Source: Macrostomum lignano
Taxonomy: Eukaryota
Direction: 5' to 3'
DNA length: 64,000 bases
NCBI GenBank assembly: GCA_002269645.1
Contig: NIVC01000704.1
Span: forward strand, 79,692 to 143,691
Part shown: piece after piece, positions 21,720-34,719 of the stretch
How positions within the stretch are numbered: the first letter of the stretch is position 1
Layout of the letters: every line of letters starts with the position of its first letter
Translations under genes and position numbers: made by a program
Notes under the pieces: model-generated
What the model was told of the DNA's origin: nothing
What the model saw: only the letters and a program-made list of their open reading frames with translations
Databases searched by the model: none

Positions 21720-24700
21720 ATGCGTTACCGCTCAGCCGAAAACAATGCCTTGCAGCAGTCCTCGTCAGCAGCAGCCGGTCAGCAGCGGCGATCGCCGTCA
21801 TCGTCGCCTTCATCCTCAGCATCCGCTTCCTTATTGCGGCCGATGTCACCGGCGGCGGCGGCTGCTGCCTCGGCGCCTCCAGCGACAGAGGAGGCGATGG
21901 AAACTGTGGAGGCTGAAGCGACTGTGACGGCTGCCGCGGAGGATTCCACAGTCGCAGCTGGCGGCCGGCCAAGCAGCGCTGCTCCGGGTATCCAGGTGAG
22001 ATGGAGCTGAAGCGAGGCTAAATCCCCATCCCAGAATCTGCCTCCAATCCCCATCTCAGAATCTGCCTCCAATCCCCATCCCAGAATCTGCCTCCAATCC
22101 CCATCCCAAAATCTGCCTCGAATCCCCATCTCAGAATCTGCGTCCAATCCCCATCTGAAAATCTGCCTCCAATACCCATCTCAAAATCTGCCTCTAACCC
22201 CAATCCCAGAATCGCTCTCCAACCCCCATCTCAGAATCTGCCTCCAATCCCCATCCCAGAATCTGCCTCTAACCCCAATCCCAGAATCGCCCTCCAACCC
22301 CCATCTCAGAATCTGCCTCCAATCCCCATCTCAGAATCTGCCTCCAATCCCCATCCCAGAATCTGCCTCCAACGGTCCAATCCCCATATCAGAATCTGCC
22401 TCCAATCCCCATCCCAGAATCTGCCTCCAATCCCCATCCCAGAATCGCCCTCCAATCCCCGACCCAGAATCGCCCTCCAATCCCCGACCCAGAATCGCCC
22501 TCCAATCCCCGACCCAGAATCGCCCTCCAACCCCAATCCCAGAATCGCCCTCCAACCCCCATCTCAGAATCTGCCTCCAATCCCCATCCCAGAATCGCCC
22601 TCCAATCCCCATCCCAGAATCGCCCTCCAACCCCAATCCCAGAATCTGCCTCCAATCCCCATCCCAGAATCGCCCTCCAACCCCCCTCCTGCCGCAGGTG
22701 CCAAAGTGGCGCGTGGCAGCCGTGCTCGCCGAATACCGCGGCCAGAAGCAGCGCCACCTGGACGCCAAGCGCGACTCGGTGCGCGCCATCCTGGCAGAGA
22801 ATTCGCGCCTGCTTGACGCCGGCCTGCGCGACCTCGAGCGGCACCGGCAGACGGCGATGTCCCGCTACAACTGCCGCCTGTTCGACTGCGACCCGGTGCG
22901 CATCCCCGCCTACCTGCCCTCGCCGGTGGTGCAGCAGCACCGGGAGACGCCGTTCGGCAGCTTCGAGGTCCGCTTCGGCAGCTCCAAGCGGCCCTGCCTG
23001 GCCGGCCTGCTGATGCTGCCCTCCGCGCCCGCCCTGCCCAGCGCCCTCTGCTGGGCGCCGTTGCAGCAGAACTTTGCCGCCGAAGACGAAGTCGAGCTGC
23101 AGAACATTCCCTACATGGGCGAGGGTGAGCACGACACTAAATTCCTTGACGAGCTCATTCGCAACTACGAGGGCCGAGTGCACGGCAACTTCCCCTTCGA
23201 CCTGGAGGAGGAGCTGCTGGTGCCGCTGATCAAAGCCCTGTTGGACTCGCGAGCGCTGGAGGCTGAGGTATGCTCGAGGCTTTTGATTTTTTTGTATCTT
23301 CTTTATAACTGTCTGAGTACAGGATTTCCTGGACTGCTCAGAAATTCGCCTTTCGAATCTTCCTTTGCTTCCCTGGCATCTGCCCTTTGAACCTCCTTGC
23401 TGCTCTGACATCCGCCCTTTGAACCTCCTTGCTGCTCTGACATCCGCCCTTAGAACCTCCTTGCTGCTCTGACATCCGCCCTTTGAACCTCCTTGCTGCT
23501 CTGACATCCCCCCTTTGAACCTCCTTGCTGCTCTGACATCCCCCCTTTGAACCTCCTTGCTTCTCTGACATCCCCCCTTTGAACCTCCTTGCTGCTCTGA
23601 CATCCGCCCTTAGAACCTCCTTGCTGCTCTGACATCCGCCCTTAGAACCTCCTTGCTGCTCTGACATCCGCCCTTAGAACCTCTTTGCTGCCCTGACATC
23701 CGCCCTTAGAACTTCCTTGCTGCTCTGACATCCGGTCTTACGAGCTAAAATCCCCCTATGTTGCTCCCTTCAGCTGTTTCAAATGTGGCCTTCTGACTTA
23801 CCAAAATGATCCTATCACCAAGCATCACCAATGCGCCCTTACTAACTTATCAAGGCCGAGCCGCGGGACAGCGCAGATCCCTCAGAGAAGCCGCAGCAGC
23901 AGCAGCAGCCAGAAAAATCCGAGGCGCCAGGCAGCTGCGGCACGGCCAGCAGCAGCAGCAGCAGCTCAAATGGCTGCCACGTCCCCGACTGGCTGTTCCA
24001 GGCGGTCGCCGCCGCATTTGGCCGGGCCGAAGACTACGGCAAGCTGATGGTCCGCTACGTGGAGCTGGAGGACCGCGCCGTGGAGGCGGCCTGCAGCTAC
24101 GCTACGCCCAACATCGACAAGCAGCCGCAGAGCCTCAGCCGCGACGACTGTCTCAATAGTTTTCACACCCTGTTCTGCCGGCGCTGCTTCAAGTACGACT
24201 GCCAGCAGCATCCGTTCAAGTCCACGGAGAGCATGTACCGAGTGCGGCAGGCTGTGGAAGCTTCCGGGTCCGCTGCTCCGTGCGGAGACTCCTGCTGTCA
24301 GGTGAATAACCGCCTTCAAGTGATTTTTCTCTTTCCAGCCGAAACCTACCAAAGTAGTTCTCTATATAGTTCGCATCCCCTGCCTCCGGGAAACTACATT
24401 GTATCCCTGTCCCTGTCATCCCTGTCATTGTATCTAACTTCATTGTATCCCTGTCCCTCAGTCTCATTGGGAATCCCCCAGTCTTATTAGGAATCCTCCA
24501 GTGTCACCTTGAATCCTCCAGTCTCACTGGAATTCCCTCCAGTCTGATCGGGAATCCCCTCTAGTCTGATTTTGGTCTTGGAGTCCCTCAGTCTCATTGG
24601 GAACCCCCCTCCAGTCTCATTGGGAATCCCCTCCAGTCTCAGAATTCCCCAGTCTCATTGAGAATCCCACAGTCTCATTTAGGAATACCCCAGTCTTATT

Positions 24701-27700
24701 AGGAATCCCCCAGTCTGATCGGGAATCCCCTCTAGTCTGATTTTGGTCTTGGAGTCCCTCAGTCTCATTGGGAACCCCCCTCCAGTCTCATTGGGAATCC
24801 CCTCCAGTCTCAGAATTCCCCAGTCTCATTGAGAATCCCACAGTCTCATTTGGGAATACCCCAGTCTTATTAGGAATCCCCCAGTCTGATCGGGAATCCC
24901 CTCTAGTCTGATTTTGGTCTTGGAGTCCCTCAGTCTCATTGGGAACCCCCCTCCAGTCTCATTGGTAATCCCCTCCAGTCTCATTTGGGAATTCCTCAGT
25001 CTCATTGAGAATCCCACAGTCTCATTTGGGAATCCCCCAGTCTCATTTGGAATCCCGCAGTCTCATTTGGGAATCCCCCAGTCTCATTGGGAATCCCCCA
25101 GTCTCATTGGGAATCCCCCAGTCTCATTGGGAATCCCCCTCCAGTCTTATTTGGGAATTCCTCAGTCTCATTGAGAATCCCAGTCTCATTTGGGAATCCC
25201 CCAGTCTCATTTGGAATCCAGCAGTCATTTGGGAATCCCCCAGTCTCATTGTGAATCCCCAGTCTCATTGGGAATCCCCCAGTCTCATTGGGAATCCCCT
25301 CCAGTCTCATTTGGGAATTCCCCAGTCTCATTGAGAATCCCACAGTCTCATTTGGGAATCCCCCAGTCTCATTTGGAATCCCGCAGTCTCATTTGGGAAT
25401 CCCCCAGTCTCATTGGGAATCCCCCAGTCTCATTGGGAATCCCCCTCCAGTCTCATTAGGAATCCCCAGTCTCATTAGGAATCCCCCAGTCTCATTGGGA
25501 ATACCCCTCCAGTCTTGTTGGGAATCCCCCAGTCTCATTTGAAATCACCCAGTCTCATTGAGAATCCCCCCAGTCTCATTGGGAATACCCCTCCAGTCTA
25601 ATTGGTAATCCCCTCCAGTCTCATTTGGGAATTCCTCAGTCTCATTGAGAATCCCACAGTCTCATTTGGGAATCCCCCAGTCTCATTTGGAATCCCGCAG
25701 TCTCATTTGGGAATCCCCCAGTCTCATTGGGAATCCCCCAGTCTCATTGGGAATCCCCCTCCAGTCTTATTTGGGAATTCCTCAGTCTCATTGAGAATCC
25801 CAGTCTCATTTGGGAATCCCCCAGTCTCATTTGGAATCCAGCAGTCATTTGGGAGTCCCCCAGTCTCATTGTGAATCCCCAGTCTCATTGGGAATCCCCC
25901 AGTCTCATTGGGAATCCCCTCCAGTCTCATTTGGGAATTCCCCAGTCTCATTGAGAATCCCACAGTCTCATTTGGGAATCCCCCAGTCTCATTTGGAATC
26001 CCGCAGTCTCATTTGGGAATCCCCCAGTCTCATTGGGAATCCCCCAGTCTCATTGGGAATCCCCCTCCAGTCTCATTAGGAATCCCCCAGTCTCATTAGG
26101 AATCCCCCAGTCTCATTGGGAATACCCCTCCAGTCTTGTTGGGAATCCCCCAGTCTCATTTGAAATCACCCAGTCTCATTGAGAATCCCCCCAGTCTCAT
26201 TGGGAATACCCCTCCAGTCTTGTTGGGAATCCCCCAGTCTCATTTGAAATCACCCAGTCTCATTGAGAATCCCCCCCAGTCTCATTGGGAATGAATCACC
26301 CAGTCTTATTAAGAATCCCCCTCCAGTCTCATTTGGGCAATTCCCATCTAGCTAATCGCATAGTCTCGCTGACAAATCCCTCTCCAGCCATACGAGCGTA
26401 TTGCACTCGTATTGGGAATCCCCCACTATCCCCATTAAAAATCCCCGTCTAACTGAGGACCAACTGCACAACTCCGTGCAGGTGTCTGGCGACGCGGTCC
26501 CCGAAACGCAGTGGACGCCGGCCGACATGACGCTGGTCCGCATCTTCCAGTGCCATTTTAACAGCTGCCGCATCGCCCGCGTCCTGCCCGACAAATCCTG
26601 CGCCCAGGTGGCCAGCTTCATCCGGCGCGAGGCCAACCTTAGCGCCGAGGAGCGGACCGAGCTGTCGCCGCCGCGCAAGAAGCGCAAAGTGCGCAAGAAG
26701 GCCGGCGTTAACGGCGGTCGGCGCGCCCCAGGGCAGCAGGTGAGGAATCGGAGGTTTTTTGCTAGAATGTCTAAGAAAGTGAGTCGGCTGAGAATGGGTT
26801 GAAGCGGATCAACCCAGGTTGAGCGGAAATGGGTCAACTGGGGTTGGGCAAAAATGAGTCAACTAAGTTTAAACAAAAGTGAGTCGATTGCGGTTGAGCG
26901 GAAGTGAGTCAACTGCGATTGAGCGGAAGTGGGTCAACTGGGGGCTGAGCGGAAGTGGGTCAACTGGGGGCTGAGCGGAAGTGAGTCAACTGGGTGTTAA
27001 CAGAAGTGAGTCAACTGTGCTTAAGCGGAAGTGAGTCAACTAGGGTTAGGCGGAAGTGAGTCAACTAGGGTTAGGCGGAAGTGAGTCAACTAGAGTTAGG
27101 CGGAAGTGAGTCAACTAGGGTTAGGCGGAAGTGAATCAACTAGGGTTAGGCGGAAGTGAGTCAACTAGGGTTAGGCGGAAGTGAGTCAACTAGGGCTAGG
27201 CGGAAGTGGGTCAACTAGGGTTAGGCGGAAGTGGTGTGTCTGACAGCATATTCTGCTGGGGGTGGCGGCACACCGAAACCCTAACCCGCTAAGCCCTGAG
27301 CCCCCCTTGCGCCGCCCAGGTGAGCCAGTCGCACTATTACCACCCGTGCGACCATCCCGGGCGCCGTTGCGACGACCAGTGCAGCTGCCGGGTGGCGGGC
27401 AATTTCTGCGAGAAATTCTGCCAGTGCTCGTCGGCCTGCCCGAACCGGTTTGCCGGCTGCCGCTGCAAGTCTCAGTGCAACACCAAGCAGTGCCCCTGCG
27501 TACTGGCCGTGCGGGAGTGCGACCCCGACCTTTGCTGCACCTGCGGTGCCGACGCGCCGAACGGCAACTGCCGCAACGTGGCGCTGCAGCGCGGCCTCCG
27601 CAAGCACCTGCTGATGGCGCCTAGCGACGTGGCCGGCTGGGGAATTTTCCTCCGCGACTCGGCCGAACGGGGCGACTTCATCTACGAGTACTGCGGCGAG

Positions 27701-28090
27701 GTGATCACCCAGGACGAGGCCGACCGTCGCGGCAAGGTGTACGACAAGTACATGAGCTCCTTCCTGTTCAACCTCAACCAGGACTTCGTGGTGGACGCCA
27801 CGCGCAAAGGCAATAAGATCCGGTTCGCCAATCACTCGGTGAGCCCGAACTGCTCAGCCAAGGTGCTCATGGTCAACGGCGACCATCGGATCGGCATCTT
27901 CGCCAATCGGCCCATCGCGCCTGGCGAGGAGCTGTTCTTCGACTATCGCTACGGTCCCATGGAGCAGCTCAAGTACGTCGGCATCGAGCGGGAGCGCCAG
28001 GCTGCGGCCGCTGCCGCCGCCGCCTCGGCCGCCACCGCCGCGCCGGCCCCGGTCGCCGCTTCGGCTGCCACGCCGGAGGCCTCGAATTAA
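21720..28090 (+). CDS. EZH2: Enhancer of zeste (EZH1/2) PRC2 H3K27 methyltransferase, ~773 aa, 5 exons
   Basis: Exons 21720-21995, 22698-23267, ~23855-24301, 26482-26739 and 27320-28090. Motifs: [44 protein letters not shown]...[15 protein letters not shown], the CXC domain YHPCDHPG..C...C.C, and SET motifs [52 protein letters not shown] and [10 protein letters not shown]. The exon 3 acceptor (AAG after TACTAAC) and the start codon are less certain. Confidence 0.95.
22020..22683. repeat. Intronic minisatellite, 25-bp unit AATCCCCATCCCAGAATCTGCCTCC
   Basis: Fills EZH intron 1 almost up to the acceptor. Confidence 0.95.
23385..23735. repeat. Intronic minisatellite, 32-bp unit GAACCTCCTTGCTGCTCTGACATCCGCCCTT(T/A)
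   Basis: About 11 copies in EZH intron 2. Confidence 0.95.
24460..26340. repeat. Intronic satellite, ~20-bp monomer GGGAATCCCCCAGTCTCATT, with ~171-bp and ~620-bp higher-order repeats
   Basis: EZH intron 3. The marker GATCGGGAATCCCCTCTAG recurs at 24546, 24717 and 24887. The ORF track repeats with an offset of 620 (25104/25724, 25190/25810, 25288/25908). Confidence 0.95.
26880..27232. repeat. Intronic minisatellite, 25-bp unit GGCGGAAGTGAGTCAACTAGGGTTA
   Basis: EZH intron 4. Degenerate at the 5' end, homogeneous at the 3' end. Confidence 0.9.
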
Positions 28091-28154
28091 AATTTTGCCG
28101 CGACCGTCCGGCTGGAGCAGCCGCTCCGCTTTTTTTAATTTGCTTTGGCTCTCT

Positions 28155-28820
28155 TCTGCTTCTGTCCTGCTCTCACCTGTCCACTCCCCCACCCTGCCTG
28201 TCCACTCTCCCCCACCCTGCCTGTCCGCTCTCCCCCACCCTATCTGTCCACTCTCCCCCACCCTATCTGTCCACTCTCCCCCACCCTATCTGTCCACTCT
28301 CCCCCACCCTATCTGTCCACTCTCCCCCACCCTATCTGTCCACTCTCCTCCACCCTATCTGTCCACTCTCCCCCACCCTATCTGTCCACTCTCCCCCACC
28401 CTATCTGTCCACTCTCCCCCACCCTGCCTGTCCGCTCTCCCCCACCCTATCTGTCCACTCCCCCACCCTATCTGTCCACTCTCCCCCCACCCTATCTGTC
28501 CGCTCTCCCCCACCCTGCCTGTCCACTCTCCCTCACCCTGCCTGTCCACTCCCCCACCCTGCCTGTCCACTCTCCCCCACCCTGCCTGTCCACTCTCCTC
28601 CACCCTATCCGTCCGCTCTCCCCCAGCCTGCCTGTCCACTCTCCTCCACCCTGCCTGTCCACTCTCCTCCACCCTATCCGTCCGCTCTCCCCCAGCCTGC
28701 CTGTCCACTCTCCTCCACCCTATCTGTTCACTCTCCTCCACCCTATCTGTTCACTCTCCTCCACCCTATCTGTTCACTCTCCTCCACCCTGCCTGTCCAC
28801 TCTCCCTCACCCTGCCTGTG
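28155..28820. repeat. Minisatellite, 23-bp unit CCACCCTATCTGTCCACTCTCCC
   Basis: Starts ~65 bp after the EZH stop codon. Confidence 0.95.
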
Positions 28821-29555
28821 CACCATCTACAGTATCTGGGTGTCTATTCGTAGTCTTTTAGACACTTATCCGAGGTGTATGTGTCCTGCAAGCGGTTTTT
28901 TGGGCTCTGTACCGCTGCCATTGTGTAATTGCTCTGCTCCAGTGCAGACTGACAGGCAGCTGGGTTCCCGATTCGCCTAGCTGCATTAGGCTGCATAATC
29001 CCCCTGGTGTCACACAGCCCCAGGCGGCCTCTATTTACAGTGCACGTGATTGCTAAGTGTATATTTAATGCTTTCTGTTGTTGCATCCCAGCTTCTCGTC
29101 CCATGCGTAACTTCATTTTTCTAAGTCCAAATTATTCGCACATGTTTCAAAAGCTAATACCCATGCTTATTATGTGAAACTTGTACTAATGCACTCGTTT
29201 TATTAATCTTGTACAACTACAAGAATTAATTTAATTTTAAATGCCTAGCTCTATGAAAATATTCCAAGCGTGCCCAGATCTGCTTAATTATGTCGCCGCT
29301 TTCCTGCTCAATAATAATCATAATTTAACAGGAATTCTTGCTAGTTCTATTCAAAATAATCTGCATTGCAAATGAATTTCAAACATTGCCAATTAACACT
29401 TTATATTATTGTATATAATTCTAATTGAATAATTAATTACAATAACAATAATAATTATAATAGGAAATATTTACAATTGCCTTCAAGCTACTCATGCTGG
29501 CGCTCAGAGTCTGTTGACTCTTATTTTATTAATTTCATATTGCTTTACTATGTGC

Positions 29556-30870
29556 ATTGTCGCATTGGCTCGCTTCCAGTCCACTCTCCCTAGTCATGGA
29601 CCACTATCTAAACGGTGGAGATGGGCATTGTCGCATTGGCTCGCTTCCAGTCCACTCTCCCTAGTCATGGACCACTATCTAAACGGTGGAGATGGGCATT
29701 GTCGCATTGGCTCGCTTCCAGTCCACTCTCCCTAGTCATGGACCACTATCTAAACGGTGGAGATGGGCATTGTCGCATTGGCTCGCTTCCAGTCCACTCT
29801 CCCTAGTCATGGACCACTATCTAAACGTTGGAGATGGGCATTGTCGCATTGGCTCGCTTCCAGTCCACTCTCCCTAGTCATGGACCACTATCTAAACGGT
29901 GGAGATGGGCATTGTCGCGTTGGCTCGCTTCCAGTCCACTCTCCCTAGTCATGGACCACTATCTAAACGGTGGAGATGGGCATTGTCGCATTGGCTCGCT
30001 TCCAGTCCACTCTCCCTAGTCATGGACCACTATCTAAACGGTGGAGATGGGCATTGTCGCATTGGCTCGCTTCCAGTCCACTCTCCCTAGTCATGGACCA
30101 CTATCTAAACGGTGGAGATGGGCATTGTCGCATTGGCTCGCTTCCAGTCCACTATCCCTAGTCATGGACCACTATCTAAACGGTGGAGATGGGCATTGTC
30201 ACATTGGCTCGCTTCCAGTCCACTCTCCCTAGTCATGGACCACTATCTAAACGGTGGAGATGTGCATTGTCGCATTGGCTCGCTTCCAGTCCACTCTCCC
30301 TAGTCATGGACCACTATCTAAACGGTGGAGATGGGCATTGTCGCATTGGCTCGCTTCCAGTCCACTCTCCCTAGTCATGGACCACTATCTAAACGGTGGA
30401 GATGGGCATTGTCGCATTGGCTCGCTTCCAGTCCACTCTCCCTAGTCATGGACCACTATCTAAACGGTGGAGATGTGCATTGTCGCATTGGCTCGCTTCC
30501 AGTCCACTCTCCCTAGTCATGGACCACTATCTAAACGGTGGAGATGGGCATTGTCACATTGGCTCGCTTCCAGTCCACTCTCCCTAGTCATGGACCACTA
30601 TCTAAACAGTGGAGATAGGCATTGTCGCATTGGCTCGCTTCCAGTCCACTCTCCCTAATCATGGACCACTATCTAAACGGTGGAGATGGGCAGTGGCGCA
30701 TTGGCTCGCTTCCAGTCCACTATCCCTAGTCATGGACCACTATCTAAACGGTGGAGATGGGCAGTGGCGCATTGGCTCGCTTCCAGTCCACTCTCCCTAG
30801 TCATGGACCACTATCTAAACGGTGGAGATGGGCATTGTCGCATTGGCTCGCTTCCAGTCCACTCTCCCTA
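29556..30870. repeat. 71-bp tandem repeat, ~18.5 near-identical copies
   Basis: Unit CATTGTCGCATTGGCTCGCTTCCAGTCCACTCTCCCTAGTCATGGACCACTATCTAAACGGTGGAGATGGG. The ORF track shows a 71-nt periodicity. Confidence 0.97.
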
Positions 30871-31470
30871 GAAATCCCGCCGCAGGGCCTAGCCTGGTGC
30901 AAAGTGGGCAATATAATTAATTAGTTCTAGTATTGCAGAGATTAGTTCATTTTATTCTGCAGGGCGCAAAAGTGGCCAAACTGGTTAATGCAATTAAGTG
31001 CACGAATTGGATTGGCCCCGGGCTAGGTAAAGCTGGCTGACCACCTCCCCCCGTTCTTGAGTCTCTGCTTTATTTGCCTGCTCAAACTTCTCTCTCTGCA
31101 GATTTCACTTTCTCTGTCTTTGTTGAATTCTGCTTGTTTAGCAATTTTTTTTCGACCGGAGTGAAACTCGCAGATTCCCACGGATCCTCTCAGTCTCTCT
31201 GCTTCATCTATTAACACTCCGATTTTGAACTGGGAGTGCCCGGTGAGTCACGCCCTGGCTTGGCCGGCGCTTGAGAACAATTTCAACGGGTGGTGGGGGC
31301 TGCGATAATAAGTGAGCACTTGTGAGCAAATTAACACCGGCGCTTCTGCCATGCTTTGAGTTCTTCTTCTGCATGTTTCTTTTGTTCTCAGTTTGCCTGT
31401 CTGTCATAAATGCGATTGCAAGTCTGATAGCACCTACAGCAAATTGTCTGTCGCCCTTTCAGCCTCATCA

Positions 31471-33763
31471 ATGTCGGAAGCTGTGCACGCGAGCCTCCCG
31501 CACCAGGTCGCCTGTTCCCTGTGCGGCCGGCAGCTCGCCGGCTGCCGCTACGTGGTCACCGAGGACGCGGCCGCCTGCACTGACTGCTTCGAGTCCCGCC
31601 TGGCCAACGAGTGCGCCAAGTGCGGCGCCCGCATCGGCTGCGAGATGACCGACCTCGGCCACGGCGGCCGGCACTGGCACGAGGCCTGCTTCCGCTGCTC
31701 CGCCTGCGGCTGCTCGCTCGCCTCTCAGCCTTTCCTTGCCAAGGAGGGGGACGTCTATTGCACCTCCTGCCACGACGAGCGCTTCGCGGCCAGGTGCTGC
31801 CGCTGCTATCAGGTAGCTGTTTTATGAGCTATCACCATCCCGCTCATTCTATCACCATCCCGCTCATTCTGTCACCATCCCGCTCATTCTATCATCATCC
31901 CGCTCATTCTATCACCATCCCGCTCATTCTATCACCATCCCGCTCATTCTGTCACCATCCCGCTCATTCTATCACCATCCCGCTCATTCTATCACCATCC
32001 CGCTCATTCTATCATCATCCCGCTCATTCTATCACCATCCCGCTCATTCTATCACCATCCCGCTCATTCTGTCACCATCCCGCTCATTCTGTCACCATCC
32101 CGCTCATTCTGTCACCATCCCGCTCATTATGTCATCATCCCGCTCATTCTGTCACCATCCCGCTCATTCTGTCACCATCCCGCTCATTATGTCATCATAC
32201 CGCTCATTCTATCATCATCCCGCTCATTCTGTCACCATCCCGCTCATTCTATCATCATCCCGCTCATTCTATCATCATCCCGCTCATTCTGTCACCATCC
32301 CGCTCATTCTATCATCATCCCGCTCATTCTGTCACCATCCCGCTCATTCTATCATCATCCCGCTCATTCTATCATCATCCCGCTCATTCTATCACCATCC
32401 CGCTCATTCTATCATCATCCCGCTCATTCTATCATCATCCCGCTCATTCTGTCACCATCCCGCTCATTCTATCATCATCCCGCTCATTCTATCACCATCC
32501 CGCTCATTCTATCACCATCCCGCTCATTCTGTCACCATCTTGCTCATTCTATCACCATCCCGCTCATTCTATCAACATCCCGCTCATTCTATCATCATCC
32601 CGCTCATTCTGTCACCATCCTGCTCATTCTATCACCATCCTGCTCATTCTATCACCATCCCGCTCATTCTATCATCATCCCGCTCATTCTGTCACCATCC
32701 CGCTCATTCTATCATCATCCCGCTCATTCTGTCACCATCCCGCTCATTCTATCATCATCCCGCTCATTCTATCACCATCCCGCTCATTCTATCACCATCC
32801 CGCTCATTCTGTCACCATCTTGCTCATTCTATCACCATCCCGCTCATTCTATCAACATCCCGCTCATTCTATCATCATCCCGCTCATTCTGTCACCATCC
32901 CGCTCATTCTATCATCATCCCGCTCATTCTATCACCATCCCGCTCATTCTATCATCATCCCGCTCATTCTATCACCATCCCGCTCATTCTATCACCATCC
33001 CGCTCATTCTATCACCATCCCGCTCATTCTATCACCATCTTGCTCATTCTATCATCATCCCGCTCATTCTATCATCATCCCGCTCATTCTATCATCATCC
33101 CGCTCATTCTATCATCATCCCGCTCATTCTATCACCATCCCGCTCATTCTGTCACCATCCCGCTCATTTTATCATCATCCTGCAGCTTCCAGTTGCCCAG
33201 CAGTCTCAACGCACTGCTCAAACCGCACCCACCCGCAGGTGTTCAAAGCCGGCAGCCGCAAGCTGGAGTGGCGCAGCCAGCAGTACCACGAGCAGTGCTT
33301 CCTGTGCTCCGAGTGCGGCTGCGGCATCGGCTGCGACAGCTTCATCCCGCACGGCGACAACGCCTGCTGCGTCCCGTGCTACGAGGGCCGCTTTGCCCAG
33401 CGCTGCCGCGAGTGCCGGCAGGTCATCCGCAAAGGCGGCGTCACCTACAAGGGCCAGGCGTTCCACTCCGACTGCCTGGTGTGCGGCCACTGCGCCAAGC
33501 CGCTGGCCGGCCTGAAGTTCACCTCGCAGCAGGAGCGGCCCTACTGCGCCGACTGCTTCGGCCAGCTGTTCGCCCGCAAGTGCTGCCGCTGCTGCCAGCC
33601 AATCACCGGCTTCACTGGCGCCAAGTTCGTCTCCTTTGAGGACCGCGACTGGCACTCAGACTGCTTCACCTGCAGCCGCTGCTCCGACAGCCTGGTTGGC
33701 AGGGGCTTCCTCACCGAGGGCGACGCCCTGCTGTGCACCGGCTGCGCCTCCCTGCCCAAGTAG
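31471..33763 (+). CDS. FHL2: Four-and-a-half LIM domain protein (FHL/limpet family), 288 aa, 2 exons
   Basis: Exons 31471-31812 and 33239-33763 join as CCRCYQ|VFKAGSRKLEW. One half-LIM is followed by four C-x2-C-x17-19-H-x2-C-x2-C-x2-C-x17-C-x2-C LIM domains. The exact orthologue is uncertain. Confidence 0.85.
31829..33180. repeat. Intronic minisatellite, 20-bp unit CTCATTCT(A/G)TCA(C/T)CATCCCG (~67 copies)
   Basis: Occupies ~95% of the single FHL intron (31813-33238). Confidence 0.97.
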
Positions 33764-34719
33764 ACACTTCAGATCTGCCGATATGTATCAAAAAGATGAT
33801 TAATTTTTGTTAGGAATTCTATAATACATAATGATGCCGGAATCTCATCGGCTCTGCTCCGATCAAATTCGTACATTGTACTTTTAATTGCGCTCCTGAT
33901 CTATAATCCTTATTTTATCGTGTGCCCGTCTTTACTTTGTCACCTTTTTATTGCCTAGCCCTGTGTTTATTATTGATTACTGTTTAATGCGCTGTCCTGC
34001 CAGACTCACCATTCCATAGGCTGTGGCACTGCTCTGGCAACCCTCCTTTCCCGGCGTCTTCGCCCAGTCTCCCTAACGCTGCATCACCATCCTATCTCAG
34101 CTAAGCCCTTTCGCTTACCCCTGCCCCTGTCAGTGAATTATTTCATTAATCCTATATTTAATACACTGCTACTAATAGTAGTGTAAATCAGTACTATATA
34201 TTGAGCCTATTTTATCCTCTTATTAACCGCATTACGAGAATGCAACTGTATCTTTGTTTAGTTTTATTAATCACCTGTCCTAGTCGCAATAGCCTTTGAC
34301 GTTGGGAGTTGCAATTTTAAGTTTGCCTGTTTTTTGTGCAAAACGCGCGCGATGCAAATTGACTGAATATTGAATAAATAAATTGCATTCACTTTTAACC
34401 CGAAGCCGTGCTGCTACTCTTATCATTCTTGTGCTGGTCTATTAGCCCGATAAGTTTGTTGCTCGATCGGTAATTTTTCTTAGATTTGGCTTCGATTCTT
34501 TCATCCGACTACTTACTTAGTAGTAGAAGTGCTGCTGCGGTACATGAAATCCGGTCTTCAGCCTTTAGTGAAGGCTGCAGGTGAATGATTGACATCTGTT
34601 GGATGCCAGCTTTGAGATGCCAGCATCAGCATACTCGTACATATAGACCTATCAGCCTCATCTTAGAGATGTCAGCATCATCAGAAAGATGTCAGCTTCG
34701 AGAGGGAGATGTCAGCATC

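Noticed and set aside
27040-27232. Telomeric repeat (TAGGGTTAGG) in EZH intron 4
   Set aside because: Only one partial TTAGG per 25-bp unit; this is not a (TTAGGG)n tract.
29556-30870. CRISPR-like array or repeated 63-aa ORFs
   Set aside because: The units are contiguous and nearly identical with no unique spacers, there are no cas genes, and the context is eukaryotic. The ORFs simply reflect the 71-nt period.
31611-33763. 634-aa and 544-aa His/Ser/Ile-rich ORFs
   Set aside because: They run through the FHL intronic minisatellite. The LIM protein is restored by splicing 31812 to 33239, and the exon 1 frame meets a stop just inside the intron.
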